Source of the DNA: an uncultured virus (IMG/VR IMGVR_UViG_3300020049_015566)
Lineage: Duplodnaviria > Heunggongvirae > Uroviricota > Caudoviricetes
IMG/VR virus record: IMGVR_UViG_3300020049_015566
Strand: one strand, 5' to 3'
DNA: 20,000 nucleotides
Within the stretch, counting starts at the first letter, position 1; every line of letters begins with the position of its first letter. The notes beneath the pieces were generated by a model. The model searched no databases. It had not been told where the DNA came from and saw only the letters and a program-made list of their open reading frames with translations. The position numbers were made by a program, and so were the translations under genes. This document shows, in pieces, positions 9,360 through 16,253 of this stretch.

Positions 9360-9639
9360 TAAAAATCAAGGACTTAGGCCCCTGCAGCCGTGAGGTTGCT
9401 TGAAGAACCAGGTGAACTCAGGGAAACGCCAGAACGGCCAATCCTGAGCCAAGCCGGTAGGGAAACCGGAAGGTGCAACGACTATCCCGCAAGGGAGTAG
9501 GGCTCAAGTGGGCTCGAAGCGCCTGGCCCTGTGATCGAACCTCGGAGGAGGTGGCGCAGGTGATGATATAGTCTGGTCTGCATGGGGACATGCAGCTGCG
9601 AAAGCGTCTAGGGGATAACGCCCCCTAGAGAACACAACG
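9360..9639 (+). ncRNA. Group I intron 2 (IA2/td-like, 280 nt, no ORF)
   Basis: Exon ends in U9359 and the intron ends in G9639. P1 GGCU|UAA pairs with UUAGGCC 9374-9380. P2 GCAGCC-guga-GGUUGC. P3 CCAGG 9408-9412 / CCUGG 9522-9526. P GAACUCAGGGAAAC, Q AAUCCUGAGC, R AACGACUA, S GAUAUAGUCU (P7 GACUA/UAGUC). Excision creates T|AC (Tyr), restores NFGYWYSG and fixes the frame. Confidence 0.93.
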
Positions 9640-10346
9640 ACTGGTACAGTGGAGCTCTCGGCACCGTCGCCAAGGCACGGGGATGGTCCAGCGAGGAGAT
9701 GTGGGAATTCACGGAGATTTACCGTGGGATCTTTGCGGTCGCGGAGGAGTGGCGTCTTGAGACCATCCAGACTGTTCGTCAACAAGGGTATGTGACCTTG
9801 CCTGATGGATTACGGCGGGATCGGTTTGAAGCCACCCCCACCTGGGCTGATGTGATGCGGAACAAGTTCCGGGCGTACAACGTGCCGGGCTTCGTCGAGC
9901 TGATGATCAGCAAGATCCAGAACCGCTCCGGCAACCAGGCGGTGAACGCCATGGTGCAAGGGCTGTGTGCCACGCTGGCGAAGCGGAAGATCCTCAAGCT
10001 GCGGAAGATGATCGCCGACCGTGGTTATCGTGCCCGCTTGTGGCTGCTGGTGCATGACGAACTGGTCTGCTCCGTCCACAAGGACGACGCGATCGACTTC
10101 ATGTACGACCTGTACGAGCTGATGATCGACGGTGAGGGCATCTTCAACGAGATCAAGCTGGACTCCAGCCTGGCCGTGGGGCGCAACTTCCAGCCCTGGG
10201 ATGCCAAGGAGTGCCCACAGGGTCAGATCGAGCTCATGGAGCTCAACAAGGGCCTCCCCTGCCTGCCTGAAGAACGGTATGGGCAACGGGCAACACGGGA
10301 GGAGATTGGGGATGTACTCAAGTACCTGTTTGAGACCCCGGCCTGA
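9640..10346 (+). CDS. polA: Family A DNA polymerase, exon 3 (end of motif B, motif C)
   Basis: WYSGALGTVA..., GYVTLPDGLRR, AVNAMVQG and LVHDEL (motif C). The frame is open upstream of the ORF-track start at 9699. Confidence 0.93.
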
Positions 10347-10510
10347 TGGCCAAGCGTAAGCGGAAACGGCCGCCCCCCTGCTGGTGTCAGGGGTGGTGGT
10401 TCCCGCACCGACGGGGTTGCATCTACTGCGATGACTACCCCAAGCCCCTCACCGAACAGCAGTGGCTTGACCACCCGATGAACAGACGTAACACTGTTCA
10501 GACCCGATAA
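10346..10510 (+). CDS. Small basic Cys/His-rich protein, 54 aa (not in ORF track): MAKRKRKRPPPCWCQGWWFPHRRGCIYC...
   Basis: TGATG overlap with the polA stop; CxC...FPHR.GC..C pattern; ends just before the next gene. Confidence 0.65.
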   Translation: MAKRKRKRPPPCWCQGWWFPHRRGCIYCDDYPKPLTEQQWLDHPMNRRNTVQTR

Positions 10511-10527
10511 CCCAATGGAATTTTGAG

Positions 10528-10746
10528 ATGCCTGACTTTATCGACCAGATGCAAGAGAGCGATGCCCTGACCTTCCAGGCGCAGGAGAACATTGCCAGGA
10601 TCCAGCGGGAGGCCGCAAAGGCTCCCACCTACTTCAAGTTCTGCCGCAACTGTGGGGAGGCTACCGAAGGGGGTGCCGCCTTCTGTGATATGGACTGCTG
10701 TTCTGATTATGAGCGGATCCAGAGGGCCAGGGGGCAGAGACGATGA
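10528..10746 (+). CDS. TraR/DksA-like C4 zinc-finger protein
   Basis: N-terminal D.ID..QE helix and CRNCGE...FCDMDC zinc finger in a 72-aa protein. Confidence 0.7.
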   Translation: MPDFIDQMQESDALTFQAQENIARIQREAAKAPTYFKFCRNCGEATEGGAAFCDMDCCSDYERIQRARGQRR

Positions 10747-11150
10747 GCACCTACCACGAGGTGGAGGAGGAATTCCTGGGGCTCCTCCCGAAGCGAGCCT
10801 TTGCCCACCGGCTGGTGGATACCAAGGCGGCCAGGAACCTGGTGGAGAACCAACCCTCGGATTACATCGTCACCTCAAACGGACATATGTGGTATGCCGA
10901 GGTGAAGCTCTGCTCTGAGCTGGTCAGCTTCCCCTTCGCCAATATCCGGAAGGGGCAACTGCGGGCCATGGTATTACAGCTGCGGGCGGGGGGACTTTAT
11001 TTTGTCCATATCAGAAGTTCTTATATGAACCGCTGGTATCATATCCCGGCCGCCCTGATCCTGGACACGCTGGAGTCGGGGAAGAAGAGCCTGAAATGGA
11101 GCGAGATTGATGACCACGCCTACGCAAAAATCCCCTTTGCCGAAGTTTAA
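10743..11150 (+). CDS. PD-(D/E)xK nuclease, RecU-like Holliday junction resolvase
   Basis: Early Glu (HEVEEEF), PSDY...YAEVK, SFPF.NI...Q. Confidence 0.8.
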   Translation: MSTYHEVEEEFLGLLPKRAFAHRLVDTKAARNLVENQPSDYIVTSNGHMWYAEVKLCSELVSFPFANIRKGQLRAMVLQLRAGGLYFVHIRSSYMNRWYHIPAALILDTLESGKKSLKWSEIDDHAYAKIPFAEV

Positions 11151-11709
11151 CCACCCCACCAAGCTGGACTGGCCGGATCTCATGGTCGATCTGGAAACGA
11201 CCGGCTTGCAGGCCGACCGGCACGGCATCCTCCAGATCGCTGCTGTACGTTTCGATCTGCTGTCGATGCAGCTTGATGCCACGGACACCTTCCAGGCCTG
11301 CCTGACCATGCCGCCCCACCGCTGCTGGATGGAGAGTACCCGGGAGTGGTGGATCCGGGACAAGTACGACTTATTGGAAAAACTGATGAGCCAGCAGGAA
11401 GAGTGGCGGGAAGTGATGGAACGCTTCGCGGTATGGGTGGGAGGGGCCAAGCCTACCTTCTGGTCGAAGCCTTCGCACTTCGACTTCACCTTCCTGTCAT
11501 CGTACTTTGCGGATGCCGGCGTTGAGAACCCGTTCCACTACCGCAAGGCCAATGACCTGAACAGCTTCCTGCGAGGGATGTACTGGCCGCAGGACCCCCC
11601 CTACAACGACTGGAACGTCTCTACCAGTGGGGATGCCCATGACGCCTTGAATGACATCTTCCACCAGTTGAAGGTGCTGTTCATGAACTATGAGCACAAG
11701 CGAACATAA
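11107..11709 (+). CDS. DEDDh 3'-5' exonuclease (DUF5051/ExoVIII N-terminal-like)
   Basis: DLMVDLETTG, I.QIAAV.FD, T..WW, FDF..L and HDALND motifs. Start may be 11110. Confidence 0.88.
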   Translation: MMTTPTQKSPLPKFNHPTKLDWPDLMVDLETTGLQADRHGILQIAAVRFDLLSMQLDATDTFQACLTMPPHRCWMESTREWWIRDKYDLLEKLMSQQEEWREVMERFAVWVGGAKPTFWSKPSHFDFTFLSSYFADAGVENPFHYRKANDLNSFLRGMYWPQDPPYNDWNVSTSGDAHDALNDIFHQLKVLFMNYEHKRT

Positions 11710-11729
11710 GGAAAACTGATGAAGAAAAG

Positions 11730-11758
11730 AAGCCCGCCTGACCAGCGGGCTTTTTCTT
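11730..11758 (+). terminator. Intrinsic terminator (possibly bidirectional)
   Basis: AAGCCCGC-ctgacca-GCGGGCTT then TTTCTT; A-rich tract upstream. Confidence 0.85.
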
Positions 11759-11766
11759 GGCCGGCT

Positions 11767-11952
11767 ATATCACTTTTCCTGATGGAAGCCAGAAGGGTTG
11801 GCAAAAACGCTGATGAAGCCATATCACTTTTTCTGATGTAAGCCCGAAGGGTTGGCAAAAACGCTGATGAAGTCATATCACTTTTCCTGATGTAAGCCAG
11901 AGTGATTGGCAAAAACGCTGATGAAGTCATATCACTTTTGCTGATGGAAGCC
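11767..11952. repeat. Tandem repeat, 54 bp x ~3.5
   Basis: Units at 11767, 11821, 11875 and a partial unit at 11929. Consensus ATATCACTTTTCCTGATGKAAGCCAGAAGGGTTGGCAAAAACGCTGATGAAGTC. Confidence 0.97.
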
Positions 11953-12194
11953 CCCAGAACCCCAGAAATACTGATTAAAACCGAGGAATCCCCGAGTTTT
12001 GCCTATATCAGTTTTTCTGATGATCCACAGCGGTTTAGCCAAAAAGCATCAGAAAAACTGATGAGCCAAATTGGGGCAGCTTTTTCTATATCAGTTTTTC
12101 TGATGAAGTCGGTCGGTGTATCAGTTCTGCTGATAGATCATGATTTTTTCGACGTTTCGGCCAAAGTACCTCAAACCCATACCCACCAAGGGTT

Positions 12195-12330
12195 ATAGCG
12201 TTTTTTCCCTCTTTCTCACTGTTACATAAAAACCTAAGCTACGTTTATAAGAAATTTTGGGAGAGAGAGTTAGAGAAATTCTTTATATGAGAGGGATCTT
12301 TTTTGTTATGTGACAGTGTTACATATCAGC
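12195..12330. other. AT-rich tract with nested imperfect inverted repeats (candidate unwinding element)
   Basis: Much more AT-rich than the coding DNA. CACTGTTACATAA 12217-12229 is inverted to TTATGTGACAGTG 12306-12318 (12/13). Inner pair TATAAGAAATTT 12246-12257 / AAATTCTTTATA 12276-12287. Confidence 0.55.
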
Positions 12331-12338
12331 AACACAAT
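12310..12338 (+). promoter_or_regulatory. Possible sigma70-type promoter for the KTSC-sbcDC-thyX operon
   Basis: GTGACA-N17-CACAAT upstream of 12406. A promoter is expected here because a terminator lies at 11730-11758. Confidence 0.35.
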
Positions 12339-12405
12339 CCTTACCCACCAACCTGTGGCCTCCCAGTAAACTGGCCACTCCAAACCAACCTATCGGAGCA
12401 ATCCC

Positions 12406-12639
12406 ATGAACATCCCCACCCTGAAGCCCGTCGAGTCTTCCCAGATCCAAGCCATTGGCTATGACGCCGCAGCCCTCCGCCTGTTCATCCTGTTCAAGAA
12501 TGGCGCCGCTACCTACGCCTACGAGAATGTCAGCGAGATCCTGTACGAGAACCTGATGAAAGCTGAATCTATCGGCTCCTACTTCTCCCGGAATATCAAG
12601 GCCAATCCTGGCGTCCACCCCTACAAGAAGATCGCTTGA
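12406..12639 (+). CDS. KTSC domain protein
   Basis: PVESSQIQAIGYD....L.I.FKNG..Y.YENV....YE.LM.AESIGSYF..NIK; GGAG RBS. Confidence 0.93.
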   Translation: MNIPTLKPVESSQIQAIGYDAAALRLFILFKNGAATYAYENVSEILYENLMKAESIGSYFSRNIKANPGVHPYKKIA

Positions 12640-12652
12640 TCGGAGCCCCACC

Positions 12653-13657
12653 ATGCCCCTGTTCAATCTTGATGGTATGACCGTCAACACCATTGGCGAC
12701 CCCCACCTGGGTCGCAGCTTCAAGACCGGTGTCCCCCTGCACCGGCTCGGTGACCGGGAAGCGATGGTCTGGAAAGAGTTCGAGCGTCAGCTCGGACTTC
12801 CCGCCGACCTGACCATCATCATGGGGGACCTGTTCGACAAGTTCGTCGTCGCCCCTGAAGTAACGCTGAGAGCCTTTGAGCTCATCCGGATGCTCGATGC
12901 CACCGGGCGGCAGATCTATATCCTGCGTGGTAACCACGATGCCAGTCGGGATGCCCAGAAGGCCTCCTCCTTCGATCTGTTGAAGGCCCTTCTGGGCTCC
13001 GACGAGTCGATCTGCGCCGAGGTGATTGAGCACCCCCGCTATGTCCGGGTGGACCATAAGGTATTCCTGCTCTGCGGTTGGGAACCCTTCCGCTCAGCCG
13101 GTGACGGCGTGGTAGCCGCCGGCAGTAACCTCTGGGCCGAGCCGGTCGTCGCCGCCTTCGGCCACTGGGACGTCATCCAGCATGGCGATGATACCCACAA
13201 CATGATCCCGCTCGACCAACTGGCCTCCCACGGCATCAAGAAGGTATTCACTGGTCATGTCCACAAGGCCGACAGCTTCCGCCGCCAAGGTATCGAAGTC
13301 GTCGTCGTCGGCTCGTTACAGCCCTACGCCCACGGCGAGCAGCAGCCGGGGGATCCACTTTACCAGACGTTGACGCCTTCTGAAGTCTACGCCGCCGGAC
13401 TGGAATCCTTCCAGAACACCAACCTGCGGGTGCTGCTGGCCCCCGGAGAGGAGTTCGCAGACACCGTGGATTGTCTTTCCTTCACGGTGAAGCGCACCAG
13501 CTCCCTGGAAGATGAGCAGGAAGGGGTCCAGGAGGTCAACGTAGGCGCGTTTGACCTCAAGACGTTGTTAGGTACGTCCTGCACCTCCTGCGGCGTCTCT
13601 GAGGCCTTACAGGCCCGAATTCACACTTCTCTCATGGAGCGTATGAACAATGCTTAA
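12653..13657 (+). CDS. Mre11/SbcD-like metallophosphoesterase nuclease
   Basis: GDPHLG, GDLFD, GNHD, FGH and GHVH motifs; directly upstream of a Rad50-like gene. Confidence 0.92.
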   Translation: MPLFNLDGMTVNTIGDPHLGRSFKTGVPLHRLGDREAMVWKEFERQLGLPADLTIIMGDLFDKFVVAPEVTLRAFELIRMLDATGRQIYILRGNHDASRDAQKASSFDLLKALLGSDESICAEVIEHPRYVRVDHKVFLLCGWEPFRSAGDGVVAAGSNLWAEPVVAAFGHWDVIQHGDDTHNMIPLDQLASHGIKKVFTGHVHKADSFRRQGIEVVVVGSLQPYAHGEQQPGDPLYQTLTPSEVYAAGLESFQNTNLRVLLAPGEEFADTVDCLSFTVKRTSSLEDEQEGVQEVNVGAFDLKTLLGTSCTSCGVSEALQARIHTSLMERMNNA

Positions 13658-15722
13658 TTCCCTCAGCATCAACGGGCATATGGTGTCCTTTGAAGAACAC
13701 AACCCCATCGCGCTGCGCCAGGGACTCACCCTGATCACCGGCAAGAACGGCCGTGGCAAGTCCACCGTGCTGGAAATGATCCGCTACGCCCTGTTCGGGT
13801 CCCGGGCGCTGCGCCGCCCGATGAGCGACTACAAGGGCCTCAGCGTCGTCCTGGACTTCACCCTCAAGGGTGTTGGCTACAAGGTCACCCGTTCCTCGGC
13901 CCTGACCCTGCTGGCTACCGCAGACGGCACCAACCTGGCGACCGGCACCACCCCGGTCAACCAGGCGGTCACCAACCTGTTTGGCTACGGTCTGGCTGTC
14001 TTCGACATCGCCAACTGTTGCGGCCAGAACCAGGTGATGCTGTTCTCTGACCGTATGCAACCCGGCGACCGCAAGAAGCTGATCGACCAGACGGTTGGCC
14101 TGTCGGCCATCGACGACCTCGCCGCCGAACTCAATGCCGAAGCCTTGGGCCTCGGTAAGGAAATCACCTTCCTCGACCAGCGCCTGGGCGAGGCTCCGCC
14201 GCAGGAACCCTCACGACCGAACCCCTTCCGTGACCTGGAAAACCTCCGGGCTGACTGCTCGAAGGCCCAGGGGGCCTGGGCGCAGGCTCAGGTGATTCGC
14301 TCGACCCTGAGCCGTCTTGACCTGACCCCACCGGTAGCCCCCACCCCGGTGGACCTCCCTGCCGGCTTCAACCCGGAGGCAGTCCAGCAAGAAATCGCCG
14401 GTCTTCGTGTTCGTCAGACCCGTCGTTCCTTCCTGCTGGGTACGGTTAACCAACGTCCGGTACCCCCGGCGGCTCCGGTCAACCCGGATATCACTTTTTC
14501 TGATGAAGAGCTGACCGCAAAGATCTCGGATGCCCAGACCCACAAGATCCTTAACCAGCAGCTTGCCGCCCTCGATCTCCCCACGTTGAGCCTGGAGCAG
14601 ATCGACGAGGCCGCTGCCAATTTGTCCTTGTGGAATGACTTCCAGGCCGCCAAGAAGCTGCGTGAGCAGGGAGATGCTGAATGTCCCGCTTGCGGTCACC
14701 ACTTCCCGAACGCCCACAAGGCTCTGGAGCACTACGCCCATGTGCCGGCCGAGATGGAACGCCCTTCGTTGACCTCGGACTACCTGCACCGCCAGCGGCT
14801 GCTGCACGAGAACATCCAGAAGGGTGAGACGCTCAAGGCCGCCCTGATCTCCCTCGAACCCCTGATGCCGGAGGCGGAGCAGCTGCGTACCCACCTGCGT
14901 AGCTACCAGACCCAACTGGAGGCCTATAACACCCAGGCCACCCGGTACCAGGCAGCCCTGGAGGCCTTCCAGACCGCCGAGAGCGAACTGTCTGAAATTC
15001 CGGACGGCTCTGGGCTGATCACCAGCCTGGAGAAGGGTCTGGAGGCGCACCGTTCCCACACGGCGGCGATTGAGAAATTCGAGCAGGCCAAGATCAAGCA
15101 TGCCGAGGCGGTTGCTGAGCACGCACGCCTGACCGAAGAGCTGGTGGCTGTCGATAGCGAAGCCCAGAAGCTCACGGGCCTGCAGCAGCTCCTGGAGGAG
15201 CACCTGACCTACCAGGAGGCTTACAAGGCCTATACGAAACGCCTCGGCGACTGGAATGCCGATTCGGATAAACTGCGTGAACTGACCGCGCAGCGTGATG
15301 ACCTGAAGGCTGGAAAGTCCGCCCTCACGGACCTCAAGGTTCGCATCAAGTCCTACTTGCTTCCCTCCCTCAACAGCGTCTCCAGCCAACTGCTGTTCGA
15401 GATGACGGGTGGGGAGTTGAGTGAAGTGAAGCTGGATGAGGACTTCGAGATCCTGGTGGACAGCAAGCCGATCGCAGCGATGTCCGGTTCCGAGCAAGCC
15501 GTTGCCAACCTGGCGATCCGTCTCGGCCTCGGCCAGATCCTGACCAACCGGGTGTTCTCGGTGTTCATGGGAGATGAGCTGGATGCCTCCATGGACGACG
15601 ACCGGGCGGCCTACCTGATGGAATGCCTGCGTCGACTCCGCGGTTCGATCAGCCAGATCCTTCTGGTAACCCACAAGCAATTTGAAGCTGACAATACGAT
15701 CAGCCTGATGAGGAGAAAATAA
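13650..15722 (+). CDS. Rad50/SbcC-like SMC ATPase
   Basis: Walker A GKNGRGKS, Q-loop, coiled coil with central zinc hook CPACG, signature MSGSEQ, Walker B FMGDELD, H-loop VTH. Confidence 0.95.
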   Translation: MLNSLSINGHMVSFEEHNPIALRQGLTLITGKNGRGKSTVLEMIRYALFGSRALRRPMSDYKGLSVVLDFTLKGVGYKVTRSSALTLLATADGTNLATGTTPVNQAVTNLFGYGLAVFDIANCCGQNQVMLFSDRMQPGDRKKLIDQTVGLSAIDDLAAELNAEALGLGKEITFLDQRLGEAPPQEPSRPNPFRDLENLRADCSKAQGAWAQAQVIRSTLSRLDLTPPVAPTPVDLPAGFNPEAVQQEIAGLRVRQTRRSFLLGTVNQRPVPPAAPVNPDITFSDEELTAKISDAQTHKILNQQLAALDLPTLSLEQIDEAAANLSLWNDFQAAKKLREQGDAECPACGHHFPNAHKALEHYAHVPAEMERPSLTSDYLHRQRLLHENIQKGETLKAALISLEPLMPEAEQLRTHLRSYQTQLEAYNTQATRYQAALEAFQTAESELSEIPDGSGLITSLEKGLEAHRSHTAAIEKFEQAKIKHAEAVAEHARLTEELVAVDSEAQKLTGLQQLLEEHLTYQEAYKAYTKRLGDWNADSDKLRELTAQRDDLKAGKSALTDLKVRIKSYLLPSLNSVSSQLLFEMTGGELSEVKLDEDFEILVDSKPIAAMSGSEQAVANLAIRLGLGQILTNRVFSVFMGDELDASMDDDRAAYLMECLRRLRGSISQILLVTHKQFEADNTISLMRRK

Positions 15723-16093
15723 TGGCGCCGACACCGTCGACCTACAAACAAGCCGCCCGGGCCATCTTGGATTGCGGGCTTACCCCCAACGAGGTACAGG
15801 CTGAGTATGGGGTAAGCCACGATGACTGCCAGCGCATGGTCCAGGAGGGGCTTGTCCCCTTCCTGGGCCGTTTCGAGGACTACCAGTACATCATCAGCCT
15901 CAAGACCCGTGGCACCCCCTGGCCGACACACCACTTCAAGGCCATCATGCGGGCCAAGGAGTCCTGCGATAGCGGGAAGGCTAATCTGACCTGTGCTTAC
16001 GGGCCAGAGACGATCGTGATGTACAGCTTCCCGGTATCGGTAAAGCAGTTCCGCAAACCCTGGTTCTTCGGGATGGGAGAAGGTCATGAATGA
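15722..16093 (+). CDS. Hypothetical protein (123 aa), possible N-terminal HTH
   Basis: GAGGAG RBS, TAATG overlap; LTPNEVQAEYGVSHDDCQRMVQEG is HTH-like. Confidence 0.65.
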   Translation: MAPTPSTYKQAARAILDCGLTPNEVQAEYGVSHDDCQRMVQEGLVPFLGRFEDYQYIISLKTRGTPWPTHHFKAIMRAKESCDSGKANLTCAYGPETIVMYSFPVSVKQFRKPWFFGMGEGHE

Positions 16094-16253
16094 GCCCTTG
16101 AATGTGAACGGTGTGGAGATGGTGGACAAGCTGCTGCTGGCGGCGAACACCAACGCCGGCCAGAAGGAGGAGGGGCCTGTTGCGAAACAGGTTCGCCGTC
16201 GCAAGGTCGAGAAGATGCTGCGGAGGATGAGGAAGCGGGGTGACCTCCCATGA
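16086..16253 (+). CDS. Small protein with basic C-terminus, 55 aa (not in ORF track): MNEPLNVNGVEMVDKLLL...VRRRKVEKMLRRMRKRGDLP
   Basis: GGGAG RBS; fills the gap exactly; stop overlaps ATG 16250. Confidence 0.65.
   Translation: MNEPLNVNGVEMVDKLLLAANTNAGQKEEGPVAKQVRRRKVEKMLRRMRKRGDLP

Larger units (their letters stand above)
11706..12134. promoter_or_regulatory. Array of 15-bp ATCA-N7-TGAT palindromic sites (candidate iterons/operators)
   Basis: Full sites start at 11769, 11823, 11877, 11931, 12007, 12048, 12090 and 12120. Sites with a degenerate left half start at 11706, 11800, 11854, 11908 and 11961. All end in CTGAT. Confidence 0.7.

Noticed and set aside
9005..9403. Independent starts at 9005 and 9699 for polymerase fragments
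   Set aside because: ATG 9005 lies inside intron 1 P9, and ATG 9699 is an internal Met downstream of conserved motif B residues.
8799..9785. Intron-encoded homing endonucleases (- strand ORFs 8799-9014 and 9504-9785)
   Set aside because: They are antisense, short, cross the ribozyme core and have no HNH, GIY-YIG or LAGLIDADG motif.
7211..10346. polA as a pseudogene, split gene or intein-containing gene
   Set aside because: The inserts contain stops and lack intein termini. They have group I cores, and precise removal restores the frame and motifs.
11767..11952. CRISPR or mini-CRISPR array
   Set aside because: The whole 54-bp unit repeats; there are no unique spacers and no cas genes in the window.
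11716..12110. Hammerhead ribozymes suggested by repeated CTGATGA
   Set aside because: None of the copies I examined is followed by stem II plus GAAA with stems I and III. CTGAT is better explained as the right half of ATCA-N7-TGAT.
11688..12198. ORFs 11688-11930 (-) and 11902-12198 (+)
   Set aside because: They are translations of the repeat array, lack a convincing RBS and have atypical codon use.
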